A stretch of 57,596 nucleotides of DNA, counting the filler, from Sphacelaria rigidula (Eukaryota): assembly GCA_964200075.2 (NCBI GenBank). It is 7 parts of 7 records of this genome, joined end to end, with 100 filler letters (N's around TTAATTAATTAA, not from the genome) between each part and the next. Parts side by side here need not be neighbours in the genome. Positions count along the whole stretch, not along the records: positions 24,730 to 32,871 come from CAXNAA020012138.1; positions 32,972 to 41,113 come from CAXNAA020012139.1; 5 more parts are not named here. One strand, 5' to 3'. The notes beneath the pieces were generated by a model. That model saw only the letters and a program-made list of their open reading frames with translations, was not told the origin of the DNA and ran no database searches. Made by a program: the position numbers and the translations under genes. Positions 25,651 through 38,864 of the stretch are shown piece by piece (the stretch's first letter is position 1; each line of letters begins with the position of its first letter).

Positions 25651-28600
25651 CTTTGGCAGAAGCAGCGCGTTCACGCTCCAGTTTTTTCCTATCTTGCTCT
25701 CTTTGTTTGGCGTCTGCTCTCTCGGTTTGCAAGCGCTGCTGTCGAGCATACTCTTGGCCTAGCGCGGCTTCCCCCCAGGACTTGAGGAAGAGATAGTAGG
25801 AGTGGAGGGGATCACCATCCGATAAGAAAGAAAACGCGGCGTTTGATGCCTGCTTCAGCCGCAGCAGCACCTCGAGCTTTCGGAACATGAGTTAAGACGG
25901 CGAAGAAACGGGTAAGGGGGCATGGAGGTTGGGGCGTGAGGCACGGCGCGTGTTGAGGGGAAAAATAGCCAGAGCAAACAAGTCCAGCAAACAGACGTGC
26001 GAGCACCTCTTGATCCCTTACCTGTGGCGATCGAACCGTAGTCCGTGCCGTCCCCACCATCATTACATGCTGTCTCGGAGTAGGCGGAACCACGACCCCC
26101 TCTGGTACACGAAAATCAGCAACAAATGCCTCATCTTCTCCCACCGCCTCGTCATCCGCTGCTCCCGCTTCCTCATCACCCTCCACAGGGCTTGCTAGCC
26201 CGCTGACAGACCCTGGTCCTTCGTCAGGTGACCCTGACCCCAGACCACTCTTGTCGGGATGCCCGATGGCCGCATAGGATCCCCGAGTTACTGGTGGATG
26301 GTCAGGGCGACCAGATGTTCTGCCATAGTATCCGTACACCTCTTCCTGCGGCGAGTTCTGGAGTTGTTACGGTTAAAAAATGACAAGCATGGGACAGAGA
26401 AATGGTTGTGAATAAAGTACGAGCAGATTACTCAAACTTCATGTTGGCGACCGGGTGTACATGGAACCAAGTTGTGCACATTTTAGTGTATGCCGAGTCA
26501 CCAATTTTTTCAAGCACCTGTGTTGCAGCCAACACTATGCACATGAACGAGAATATGCTTCGAAAGGGGGCGAGTTCTGGAGTTGTTACGATTAAAAAAT
26601 GATAAACAGGGGACAGAGAAATTGCTGTGAATAAAGTACGAACAGATTACCCAAACTCATGTTGGCGACCGGGTGTACATGGAACCAAGTTGTGCACGTT
26701 ACAGTGTATGCAGAGTCACCAATTTTTTTTAGTACCTGTGTTGCAGCCAACACTATGCACAAGAAAGAGAACATGTTTCGAAAGGCAGGCTGCGATGAAA
26801 TGGATTGGATAACAAGTTCTCAGGTGAGCAACGTCGTTATTATCAACGTGAAAAGAGGAGCGTACCGCCATTTCCGAAAGTTGAAGAGTCTCTCTTGTCA
26901 ACATTCAACGCCATATCCGCGGCAACATCTGCGCGGCGGAGTTGCCAACAGCCTCATAAATTTGATGTATCTGCATGTATCAGAGGATCCGGGTGTGCCC
27001 CCATCAACCGACTGCTGTGCCTCAAAGCGAAGCTTCGACTGCACTTAAACTCTAGGGAGAGGGCCAACACAACTTCGGCAGTCACCAACATGGCGTGGTC
27101 GGAAACGCAGGAATCAATCACCTCATCATCTTCGTCACCAAGCCCTCCCTGGCCGCCGTGGGCATAGCTCCCTTGAGGAGCGAAACGGCCGAGGCCCTCT
27201 ACCTCTAGCGAGTGGTCGACATTCGGTAGCCCCAAGTACCGCAGAGAGTCCACTTCTTGCTCCTAGGAGCATTATGCGTTCACGAGTGAACAACAGCAAC
27301 AAACAGATAGACATGAACCTTTTTGGAACTCACAATGGAAAATTGATCATTTCCAATTGACACGGTTTTTGAGCAAGATATGGTGGATGGATTACAGCTC
27401 AGACGCAACAACATTCGCCAAATGCGTATTTTTCAGACCCATGCGAGTGACAAGTGGAACAAAAATAAGGTTTCGTATTTGCCGAAGTACCGTATCAGAC
27501 CCGGAACCCATTGCTGTTTTTTATAATGGGGTGTTTCATAGTGGTTTTGCTGATTATTGTTGATGGATACAATTGGACACACTCCATCCGTTGCGTGGTG
27601 TGACTGGACAAACCTCACCCGACCTCTCCAAGGAGGACATTTTTCCTGCAACCGCCGCGTGTGCTACTGGATTCTTCTTCGGTCTTCCATTATAAAATGG
27701 TTGCGGTCAGCCTCTTCTGCTTCCATATTTTCCTCTTTATCAGGGCTTCTCATAATGAGGCGTTTGGCCCGGGGACAGGAGGACAGGGTTCCAAAAGGGT
27801 TAATCGCCAGTTGCGCATGAATCACTCGTGTTGAGTTACGGCCCATCCGCTCGGAAAAATACAGGTGGAACTTGAAGAACTCTTATTCCGCGCTGTAAAA
27901 CATACGTGGCACAACAAGCAACCTGAAGTGAGAGGAAAATGGTGGGAAGCTTGGGGTACAAGAGTGTATGATTGTGATGTTACCTCGGCGGTGAGGCTGC
28001 TTGCCCGGTGAAGCACCGAAGATCCCTTACTGAAGTCGGTAGGATCCAGCATCCAACGCGCGTCGAAGCGGTCTAGCATCAACGGCGCCGCCTCCGGGTC
28101 CTGCCAGCGGCACGACATGGGACAAGTCAACACGTTAAACAGAGGACACGCACACCAAGGCAAGAACATAATCGATACGGACGGAAGAGCACGAGGTAGA
28201 CGGGGGCGAGGGACGCTGGGTTGGATATTGTAGGCTTCGCCCGTTTCACGTTGACCGGCGCTGCTTCATAGCACTTCAATAAGGATTGTTGAGGAATGAA
28301 CGTTGGTCTCTTTTGTGATGCTCGAACAGCACCACATTTACCGTTGTGCTCACTGTGGTCTGACTTCACCTGCGTGGCAAGTCATCGTACATACATGACT
28401 GAACACACGGACATACGAACGTAATCGAACGACTAGAAAACGCTATTTTCCACTGTTCCATGTTCCATGTTCCATCCTTGCCCACCCCGACACCACAACT
28501 AAAAACCTGCACCAACGTATCTTGTCTTCCTTCTCACACCATGCCCAACAGTGGAGAGCGACTATGCTGTGAGTACATAAAGTTTGACTTCACGATCGAC

Positions 28601-29283
28601 GAGGGAAGGCACCGCTCAACCCTGCTCGCGATGAAAATAAAGGCAAGCACTGAAGAAGGAACGCAAAGTGCTGAAAGTTTTCGTTTTTTAGACTCCAGTG
28701 CTTGCCTTCCTCCTGCGTCACCCAGGCTGATACGCCCATATATAACGAAAAGCGTAGACTGGCGTCCAAGATATACGGGATGACAACACACACACAACAC
28801 AACGGAAACACCGGACCGCCGAGACCTTCATGTTCCTCTCCATCTCGTCACATAAGTGCAGTAAAGACCGAAAAATCCCAAAGACGGTTGCCGTGTACAG
28901 TACAGGGCAGTGTGGTTCGGTACGGTACGATACTGCTCGCCGTGACTTGCAGGTCAGCCTCGTGACTCGTCACGTGTGCCGGCTGCGGTGAACCCCGACA
29001 AGGCAGTATGACGCCAGAACATGACCCATCAATGAAAAATATAAATATCTTCTACACTAACTCGGTACGTGTGTCAAACCTGCGGCAAGACTAGAGGGCG
29101 AAGGTGGGCACCGTCCTCCACCGCTTGAGCAGCATCATCATCACGGAAAAATTCGCAGGCGTATGCTTGCACATAAATTTCTTGCAATTCCGAGTCGCTG
29201 TCCTCATCGCCCTCAGGGTCGCCCGCTGCTGCGCCAGCTCCGGCCGCCCCGCTGCCACCGGCGTCGCCGTCGCCGTCTCCGGT
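25651..29283 (-). CDS. SFSWAP: Suppressor-of-white-apricot-like splicing regulator (DRY_EERY + SURP domains), multi-exon, partial
   Basis: In-frame GT-AG exons: 29283-29080 (IYVQAYACEFFRDDDAA), 28100-27984 (LMLDRFDARWML), 27262-27122 (VDSLRYLGL), 26345-26022 (PPTPRQHVMMVGTA) and 25876-25651 (LEVLLRLKQASNAAFSFLSDGDPLHSYYLFLK, SURP). A start exon at 29999-29985 (MYCGK) and a following exon at ~25148-25068 are possible but tentative. Confidence 0.85.
26351..26785. repeat. ~220-bp tandem duplication in a SWAP intron
   Basis: GCGAGTTCTGGAGTTGTTACG at 26351 and 26570; the units are colinear. Confidence 0.92.
27318..27799. mobile_element. piggyBac-like MITE in a SWAP intron
   Basis: CCTTTTTGGAAC / GTTCCAAAAGGG termini, flanked by TGAA/TTAA. 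A split homolog lies at 35264-38380. Confidence 0.8.
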
Positions 29284-31164
29284 CTGCAATATTTGTCGAG
29301 GAATTGCGACATCGAATGGGCAATCGAGCTCACGTGAAAATATTATTAATACAGCTGTCGAGCAGGGCTGCTCCCTAACGTCTTCAACGCCGGGCCCCAC
29401 AGCTGGGGGCTAGTAGGATAATCGTTTTTTGACGGGGCTCGGGATATAGCAGGGCAGATCTACCATCAAACAGACTAGTGCTGTACCCCGGGAATTCTCC
29501 GTCAGAATGAAGAAAAAAAGTAAACGAGGTCCGACAGGATATTCGGTGGAGACTCCGAATACGAATTGGGGATTTTGAAAAAAGAGTGGAGAATGACCCC
29601 TTTATACATGTAACACGTCAAATTCCATGTATCGGATGTGTTTCTTGTCGGCATATATAAGAAGGCAAGCGGTGAATAATCCTTCGAGTAAAGTGCCGTA
29701 CCGTGGTATCCTAAGGCATTACATGATGGCAAAGTCGGTGTAGCGAGAACAGCGAACAGTGTGCGAGAAGACTTCAGTGGTGCGGTGCCGTTCGTTATGG
29801 TGACAAATATGGCAGTGCAGTGCGACACAAAATATTACAATCGCCACAGGGCACGGCGTCAACACTAATTATCCGCTTGTCAAAGCCCGTGCGAAGCTGC
29901 TTCAGCAGCTGGCGCGGGCAGGAACGCCCTGCGCGGTCACCAGACTGCCCTGTTGCGGTTGCAAAAATATCAAACGCCTCTTACCTTACCACAGTACATC
30001 GATGTACGTACGTCCCTTCCTCAAAATTGGGCGGACCTCAGCTTGCCCCCGATCTTTGGCGAAAAAAATATGACATCACGATTTTCGCTTCCCTGATTTT
30101 GTCCAGATTGGAGTTCATAAAATGCGTTTCCCGATTTTGGTCCCCTGATTTACGTACAAATCGAGAACGGTGACTGCCATAGAAGTCGGTCTGAGTGGCA
30201 GATCGATTTTTAGGCTAGCCCAGCTCGTACTTCACGGCTGCTGTACTGTACTGTTGAAAAATGTGACAGGGCAACGCATGATGCGGGCCGAATCTTGTGA
30301 ACGAATGCTATAGTACGTGTTTCATGTGCTGTACTGTGCTGCTGTAACTGTCTGTACTACTGTTGCATGTGCGCGCGCTGTAGCATTTCTTTTCCTCGTA
30401 CGCATTGTCTCTTCAGCCAGGGTTCTAAATCGAGTTCGAAACTTCGATTCCAAATCGCGATTAATCGAAAATCAAAGTAAATCGACAATTATAGGGTCTC
30501 GATTTTCGATTAATCGCCATCTTCGATCTCAATCTGAGTCTCTAGGCGAGCAGCTTGGGTGAGCACGGCGCCCCTGCGTACCTCGTAGATGTCCCAGCTC
30601 GGCTTTTTTTATCGCCTGGCCTCATGGCATCATCTAATCCCATCACAGACTACCTTGAGGGCAACAAGGTGATGGAGGGTACCGATTCCGACGAGGGTGA
30701 AGGGACCGGCGATGTTGTGTTGGTGGACGAGCGGCCCGGACAGCTTGCCGCTAACCCAGTGAACTCTCGAGGGTCGACGGCGGTAATACGGTTACGCCCG
30801 TTGAGTGCCTCGGGGTGGCAGCTGTCACCGAGCAACATGAATTATGGGTCTGTCAGGCAAACAGCAGCTTTTCGAGTGGTTGCGAAGTGTACCAACACAC
30901 TGCTGTAGAACCGAGCGAGCACTGGATTCGCTACTCCGTTGGTGGCTTCGTGTGCTCGATGTTCTTTGCCCTTTGCTCTGCGTTGTGTCCTACAGGATGT
31001 CTTCTCTCGTACGTGGGCGTGGTTTATCCAGCAGTTGGCAGTTGTTGACAGTCAACAGTTTGACTTACTTCCACTTCCTCAGGTATCCGTTTTCGGTCGG
31101 AGGACGAAAGGCGAATGCAGGGTCTCAGCTCCCACACATGCCTCAACTACGCTTTTGTTTTCAA

Positions 31165-31291
31165 CCCTTTTGGAACCCACTGACGATTTATATTTTCGTG
31201 AATCGGCATCATTTTAAGTCATTTTCAAGCCAGAATGGCCAGAATGATGCCGGTTCACAAAAATAAATATCGTCGGTGAGTTCCAAAAAGG
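31165..31291. mobile_element. Short piggyBac-like MITE
   Basis: CCCTTTTGGAAC / GTTCCAAAAAGG termini, flanked by TCAA/TTAA. Confidence 0.72.
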
Positions 31292-31794
31292 TTAATGCGT
31301 TTTTTTTCCAAAAAGCTCATGCTTCTCGTTCAAAGGGGTCATTTTGAAGCGGAAACCCTGCGGAGGCCTTAAAATTACTTGCTTTTAGTTTGGAAGACGG
31401 AAAAACAAGAACCTATCATTTATGCGAATCACATGCGCGCATTTGAGTTGATAATTTTGATTGATTGATTGATTGATTGATTGTCTCACTTCAACTGACC
31501 ACCCATGGGTCCAGCCGTGGTCGCATGATATGCGCGCACGAGAAACAAAAGCCCAGCCTCAACCGGCGAGGTTGACTGTGACAGCTGACCAAAAGCAGTC
31601 GACTAGACTGACTGTAGAATGATGACATGTGGCACGTTCTCAGCATGCAACTTTGTCAACTTCACTTCAAGGTAAAACAGACCAGGGATGGTAGTTTCCT
31701 GGTAATTCACTTCTTCAACTGGACGTAATATTCACGGATGTGTACGGAGGACAATCCCCTCCGCGGTGGGGATTATTGTTTTGGAAAACCTTAC

Positions 31795-32790
31795 GGAGCG
31801 GAGCTGATATCCAAATGTGCGAAAAATTAAGGATTATGACGGAGCGGATATCCGCGATTGAAAATGTGACAGATTGTTGCGGAGCGGATATCCGGCCCTG
31901 ATCGTGTTCGGTATTGAAATCAATGGAATAAACTATTCGAGGTACGCGCACCGCCGCCGTGTTTGGAGTACGCAATCCACTTTGAGGCGCACGTGTGTGT
32001 GTGTGTGTGTGTGGTGTGTGTGTCGTGCAAACCGCGGTTGTCATGATTACAGCAGAATTTCAGAACCGCATCGGTGAATTGCTGATCAAGAACAACATAT
32101 AACGAAGTACGAGTATGTACTTCGAATTTCAAGTTGTCCGGCAATCGGAACAATTTCGTCCGCGGAAAGCCGTGGCTTTTCAGCAGGGATGTGTACGGAG
32201 GAAATGGCGTTCTTTCTCTTTTTGCTCTGAGATCAACAGCAAAACAAGTTTGACGCAAAGAGGGGCAAAGAAAACAGCTGATGATGACGGGGAATCGAAC
32301 CAGCGTGTTCGCATTGCAAAAGACATCGTCTTCCTCCCTCAGGAGCCATTTGAAAAAAAATCGCGGTTTGAAATCCGTGAAAAATTCGCCACGGATTACG
32401 CTATAAGTCCGTAGCAGGAGCCGTAATATGAATCCATTTGAAGCGGAATGTGCGCGGATCGATTCCCCGTACCGATTACTTTTTCGTGTTCCCTCTTTTA
32501 CTCATGTTTGCTGTTAGTTCTGAGGCTACAGTCTTCAATCCGTAAAACCACGGTTTCATCCGTTCATATCCCTGCTTTCCAGCGGTTCAACCCGTAAGCT
32601 ATGCTACGGAGAACTCACGGATGGACTACGGAGTGGATAGAACCATTCCGCAGAAAACCGCGTTTCACGCTTTCAACTGCGCAGCCATACGGGGCAGGGC
32701 GGAGTGGATATCCGTACATGTGAAGACTCACGCATTATTGCGGAGCGGATATCCGGCCTTGCTCATGTCACGAGGCGGAGCGGATTTTTG
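31795..32790. repeat. Region with a recurring GCGGAGCGGATATCCG motif (probable DNA-transposon subterminal repeats)
   Basis: The motif or variants occur at ~31796, 31840, 31879, 32699, 32740 and 32775. Confidence 0.55.
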
Positions 32791-32871
32791 GAATACAAGA
32801 CAGGCTGGGCCGCCTAAGAAGCGGACTTTCCTTCAGCCGGTTCTAACTGATGATCTATTGCGAGTTATGCC

Positions 32872-32971
32872 NNNNNNNNNNNNNNNNNNNNNNNNNNNNN
32901 NNNNNNNNNNNNNNNTTAATTAATTAANNNNNNNNNNNNNNNNNNNNNNNNNNNNNNNNNNNNNNNNNNNN
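32872..32971. other. Artificial contig linker
   Basis: N44-TTAATTAATTAA-N44. Confidence 0.97.
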
Positions 32972-34570
32972 GGTGCCGCGCGTCCCATCATACGGGGCTC
33001 CCGCCGGCATTCTCCCTTGCGTTATCCTACAATGACGGGGGGGGGGTGACTCATTTGTTGCTTGCCTTACTCGTGTGACCGTTGACCACGTATCCCTTTC
33101 AAGACGGAGGGGGGGGTATATTGGGCTATTTCTTGCACAAGAATGCATCTTGAAATCGTCGGTTAAAGCAAGAAGCAGCAGTAACTTTAGTTCGAACGCG
33201 CTTGGTACCAAGAAAATATACCAATTCATGCTGCTTCGCACCTTCCTCGCCCAAATACAAGCGCGCCGCCAGAGTGTTCGGTCGTCACACACACGCATGG
33301 GCCCTTGTTTCTCGTGGAAGGAACTCCCCCGTATCTTGGAATCACTGTCCATGTTTTGTCTTTTCCCCCCTGTTGTTTCTCCGTACGGCTGGAGTTCATC
33401 AGGATCATCGCTGGCGACAGCGAAAATTCAGGTTCTAGATACTTGAATCTAGTGTAGCGGTAGAATTTCCGCTCTGGTATCCGTTTTCCCGCGCTTGGCG
33501 AAAGTGTCGAGCACGCGTGTGTTGACATACGTGGCCCGCAAGTACGATAGAGCCTGTGGGCATCTTGTGGTTATGGTAAAGATTGTACACAGAGTAAAGG
33601 ATCCGAAGCGCCTCATGTGCGCAATTTTCGGAGTGTTTCTGCTCTCCTGCAAGTCTTCAATTTCTCTCACGTTATGATCGACTCTTGCAAGTTGAGGCAA
33701 TATGGCGATGAGGATGGGGAGTGTAGTCATGAAATTGCATGCCGTAGTCATAAGGCATGCCGTAGTCATAAGACCGTAAGGCTAATGACCTTGTATCCCT
33801 ACAACGTGGGGACCGGGCACGCTGGGTTTTCGCCGGACCAAGCTCGCAATTACCGAGCGCGAAGCGCCGTGATGTGTTCGTCACGTCGCATGAGGGGTGA
33901 GCTGCATCCTGCTAAGATTCTCCGACCCGAAGCGTACAAATGGTGTTGCAAATGGATGACAGCCTCGACTTGGTCACTTCATTTTCTGATATCGCCATTT
34001 TCAGAGACAGCCACGGGTTACACACCGCCTCATGGGTGACTCACCATTGAAACAACACGGAGTACGATCATCCCCCTCACGTAGTACGGCCATCCCCCTC
34101 ACGCGGAGTCGAGGTTCTCCCACTCCGCACAATATGATGTAGCTCGACCACCGTCATGGTTACTGCAAATGAAACCGAAGCGGGAAGAGAACGGGCAACC
34201 CGGATGCCTAACTCACGCAGTGAGTGGCGTGTTCTACGGCGTTGTTGCCAAATGACGCCAACACTTGAAGGCAGAGCGGTGGGGGGGGGGGGGTTCGCTC
34301 AACGAGGCTGTATCTGCGTTTGTTAGGAAGGTGCTCTTCTTTCTCGGGATCGTTCTTGTTCATGTCCTCACATTTGTCGTACATGAAGGGTTTGCATCAA
34401 ATAGTCAGAAACAGATATGTGGCAGAAACTGAGAGCTTTTTATCCCTCCCTCTGTTGTCTTCTTACCGCGTGTTTTGTTCCACCGCAACGTCACGGCCGC
34501 TGCTGCTGTTGATATCCCTTGTACGGCCGTTTCCTTGTGTCGCTTCGTGGGGGGGGGGCGATTTGGCCAG

Positions 34571-37500
34571 CACGGTGCTGTACGTGTCTATGTGCGTGGA
34601 CTGGCTATGGCACTTGGGGTTCAACTTGCTTGTGGCAGTTTCAGGCGCGTACGTGGCTTTGTTTGCTCTCTCCGGGGCGAGTCTTCTTCTGTTCCACACG
34701 TGAGTTACCGGCCACTTACTTCCATCGCGAGTCGTCCGTTCCCTCCCGCCCTTCCAAGGTAGGGTCACGGTTAGGTACAGGCCGAAAGTAGTGGAACGCA
34801 TTAGGGGTAGAATTGAAGTCTCATGGGGGAAGGGACTTGGTGAGAGGTGAAGTCAGAGCTGAGGTTGTGCGAGAAGCAGATGTTGATGGACTGTCCCACA
34901 TTAACTCATCCATGAGGATTCCAGCTGTGATGATGAGATAAAACATGCCGAAGATGAGTAATTGGAGGCACTCGCTGAAGAAAGACTCTGAGGGGAAGAA
35001 AAATCAGGGGAAAAGGCGGAAATGGAACGCGACAGGCTTGCGATTTGAGACAGGTCGTAAGTCCAGTCTCGTGCTAGGTCTGAAGTAAGGAAGCCGCACA
35101 AGAAGCAATTCGGCTTTTGGGGCAGGTGTTTGTGTAAAATATCGGAGTGCCGTGCTATCAACTAGTCCATGTATCATCTCCCGTTTCCTCGCAGTAGTTT
35201 CGCCATGTATTTAGTTGTTGCTCCCGATATCGGGTAGGATGTTCCACCCCCCTGACCTCTTCACCCTTTTGGAACTCACAATAGAAAATTGATCATTTGC
35301 AATTGACGGGTTTTGAGCAAGTTGTGTTTTTGATTGTTTACAGCTCAGACGCAACAACATTCACCCGTGCGAGTGACAAGTGGAACGAAAAAGGGTTTCC
35401 TATTCACCGATGTACCGTACCAGACCCTGGAACCCATTGCTGTTTTCGAATGAAACATAGTTTTTGCTAATAGATTGCCCTGTGTCCAGGGTGCGTCCAA
35501 TTTCAATTTATTTCGGTGATTGTGATATGACGTTGCGGTCCCGGATTTCGGTGGTGAACCCGGAGTGGTCTCGGCTGGACCCTCTACTCTATAATGAAGG
35601 TCTGCCCGTAACTTATTTTGTATTAACAAGTGGTATTCATCTTCCTGCGGTAGGTAGTGGAGGGACTGGTGGACTCGCTTCAGTACCAAAATGCCCAGGT
35701 ATTGTCATGTAAATGCTTTGTTTTGTGTCTCGTTCGAATCACGTGATCCGCCTGGATCTGAAACACGACGGCTGCATCGTCTGCGGCAACCTGACCCGCA
35801 CGTGGTTCAAGTTCAATTACCTGTGCTCCGAGGGGGACCTGGACAAACAGCAGTTGCCGCTGTCCACCTAGGATCATCCTCCAATCAAAGTCTTGAATAA
35901 GAACCCCCAGCGTTTGGTGCCCATGTACAAAGATGATCTGCGTATAGTATCATCCTCCAAAACGTACCTGACAAGGGGGCAACACCCCCGTACAGACAGA
36001 GGCAATGCTAGCGGATCCTAAGTCCTGACAGTCTGTGACAGTCTGGCAGCCGGCAAGATGTTTTTGGTAGTGTCTTTCTAGCGCTAGCAACTTACAGTGC
36101 ACTGGAGCAGAGCTTGCAGGTGAATATTTCGGCGATTGCCTCAGCTGCAGTTCGCCCAGTGGATCTCTTTCTCGATACTCCCGAGTAACATCACATACAT
36201 GTACAGGTGGGACCGTACAACCCTCCATTTCATTATCAGTCGAGATGTACCAGACTCTGCATTTGTTTTTTTCACGGTGGTCAGATGTAGATCGTCCTTG
36301 TACATGGGCACCGAACGCTGGGGGTTCTTACTCAAGACTTCGATTTGGAGGGTGATACTAGGTGGGCAGCGGCAACTGCTGTTTGTCCAGGTCTCCCTTG
36401 GAGCACAGGTAATTGAACTTGAACCACGTGAGGATCAGGTTGCCGCAGACGATGCAGCCGTCGTGATCCGCCTGGATCTGAAACGTGGCCGGCTGCTTGT
36501 AAACACCATCTTCCTGCTTCTTCCTCTTCATGGGAGGAGGCAACTTTCCGTGCGACTGTTCATCATTTATCATTTCTTCGATGACGGTTTGGAAAGTATC
36601 GGCGTCGAGCGACATAAGGGCATTTTTGTCGTACTAGGATAGTGTAGCCAAGAAGGCTTTCGCTTCGTCGTCGAGGAGGGCCAAGTAACCGACAATAACT
36701 GGTTCTTCCGATGCAGACTTGACTTTCCCTCTCGCGTTGTTGCTTTTGGAGGGAGCCATCTTTGTCTAACAAGTTGGTGGAGGAGTGACGGGGCGGGGAG
36801 TGGGCTGTAGGGCGCTAGGGAAGAGACATGGATGGACGAAGAAAGATTCATTTTTTGAAAATAAATTTCCTTCGGGACCTGATCTCCCTGGCACTCGTTC
36901 TCACTCAAGGCTTCGATTTTGACAGTAGACTTTGCCACTTAGTAGTTCGAGATAGTTCTCGGAATTTTACGGCTTGTGAACAGGTGCAGTGTTGGATTTT
37001 AGTGTAAACACCGAAATCCGGATCTTTAACCCTTTGACCCCGATGTAGGTCATCTGCTGAATCGGCATCAATATTCACTTGAAAAAAGTATTCGTGATCC
37101 AGATGGATTACCCGCACCGCTAAGGGTTAAAGGGGGCTGTGTTCCTGGTGTGCTCCTAGCGTGCGCAGAACGCGTTTTCGTCAAAACCGGCGCCTGGGGC
37201 GCCGATTTGAGGTCTGGCAACGCACATTTAGCCTTGGAAACACGTTGCACCCCGCGTGCCCGAAGGTTCTCGGTATGTCTTCGTTGGGGGTGGGGTTAGG
37301 GTTAGGGTTAGGTTAGTGTTCTTCGAAATGCATCAGCACCTGTGCAAACCATAAATTCACAAGAAATATGTCAACTACCAAGTGGTCGAGTCATCTCGAT
37401 TTTGAGTATGATAGATGTAGATCGTCCTTGTACATGGTCACAAAACGTTGGGTTTCTCACTCAAGATTTTGATTTGGAGGATGATACTAGGTAGGCAGCA

Positions 37501-38864
37501 GCAACTTCAGTGTGTCCAGGTGCCCCTTGGAGCAGGATGCGTTTGGTGTCCGTTTGACGAAGTTATCTCCCAAAAAACGAAATCGATGATGGCTTTCGAC
37601 TGGAAAAATCTGTGCAGATTATGTATTGGACATGGATCTCATACGTACACTCTCGGGCATATAGTCAACCAGCCTGGTAGGAGCCAATGCGGTTCAGTAC
37701 AAAGTACCGACAGGAACGGTCCGGGAACCAGTACTGTAGCCAGTGTTCATTCTAGCCGGAACGGCTCCGCGGCTCTATATTATAAGCTCTACAGTTGGGG
37801 TTTAGGGCTGAGATTCAGAGAGCGAAGGTTCAGATAGAGCTGTACACCAGCGGGTGACGTCTGAATGAATATGAAAAGCATGACGATGCAGCGCCCCACT
37901 CGGGTACGTCGTCTGCTCAACCCATCAAGATCTCTCGTGACAATGGCCCTGCTCCGCTATAAAACGGTCACTGCGAGCAAGCGCGCCACAGCCACACCAA
38001 GCACCTCACAAGTGCACAAAATCTAGCAAAAAAACTATCGCAAGAATACCGACGCAAAATCGGAGTCGGGAAAAACCTCTTCGTCGAATTTTCACCCGCA
38101 GCAGAAACCAACTTCACTTTGTGAAATTGGAATTATTGTCGATGGATATGCAATTGGACACACTTTAGTTGTTGCGTGGTATGACTGGACAATTCTCACC
38201 CGACCTCTCCACGGAGGACATTTTTCCTGCATCCGCCGCGTGTGCTATTGGATTTTTCTTCGTCCTTCCATTATGACAAGGTTGCCGTCAGCCTTTTTTG
38301 CTTCCATCTTTTCCTCTTTGTCAGGGCTCCTCATAATGAGGCGTTTGGCCCGGGGACATGAGGAGAGGGTTCCAAAAGGGATAATCTATTGAACGCCATG
38401 GTGGGCGATCTGCTGAATAGGCATCATTTTCCCTTATTTTTCAATTGCAACTTGTGCCGACTGCACAGATTACCTACCCTGGTGGTCAAAGGGTCAAATG
38501 CATACTGTAGTAGAGTAATTTGGCATTCAAATGCACGCAACCCTGCGGAGAACACGTGAAAATCGATCGCACATATGCCTGTTCTTGATCGCCCCCCCCC
38601 CGCGCGCGCCCATTGACCGCCAACATCCCCTGCAGTACCCTGGTGCGGATCAACCTCACCACCGATGAGCAGCGGCACCTGGGCAAGGTGGACTATCTCA
38701 TGGAGCCAAACGGGAGCGGGCAGTATTATAACCCATTCGATTTCGGCTGCGCCGGTAACTGCACGTCGCGTTTCTGGGGGACGTACGATAACCCCCCCGC
38801 AGAATTGATGAGGCGATTGTCGGGCCCAGATCCCGTAGACTCTGAAATGGCGAACTTTGTCTGA
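34571..38864 (+). CDS. DHHC-type protein S-acyltransferase, last two exons
   Basis: Exon 34571-34699 (hydrophobic TM segments ending SLLLFH) splices in phase 2 to 38636-38864. The join gives FHTTLVRINLTTDE (TTxE motif) and NPFDFGCAGN (PaCCT motif), then a stop. The DHHC exon itself was not seen in this contig. Confidence 0.82.
35764..36466. repeat. Inverted repeat with ~180-bp arms (35764-35945 / 36285-36466); third partial copy at 37413-37535
   Basis: CACGACGGCTGCATCGTCTGCGGCAACCTGA versus TCAGGTTGCCGCAGACGATGCAGCCGTCGTG. Confidence 0.92.
35950..37117 (-). pseudogene. Degenerate coding-like sequence of unknown function inside the nested insertion
   Basis: Successive overlapping minus-strand ORFs broken by stops and frameshifts, with CIVC, GAHVQ and WYI motifs. 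No family recognised. Confidence 0.3.

Larger units (their letters stand above)
35264..38380. mobile_element. piggyBac-like MITE (family of 27318-27799) split by a ~2.65-kb insertion
   Basis: 35264-35471 matches the left half and 38131-38380 the right half of the intact copy. Confidence 0.82.

Noticed and set aside
36090-36180. IHLQALLQ as a HUH/Rep (CRESS or Replitron) motif
   Set aside because: It is flanked by stops, with no motif 1 or catalytic YxxK in frame. Another frame looks more coding-like.
37292-37316. True telomere
   Set aside because: Only 3-4 units, internal to a dispersed repeat.
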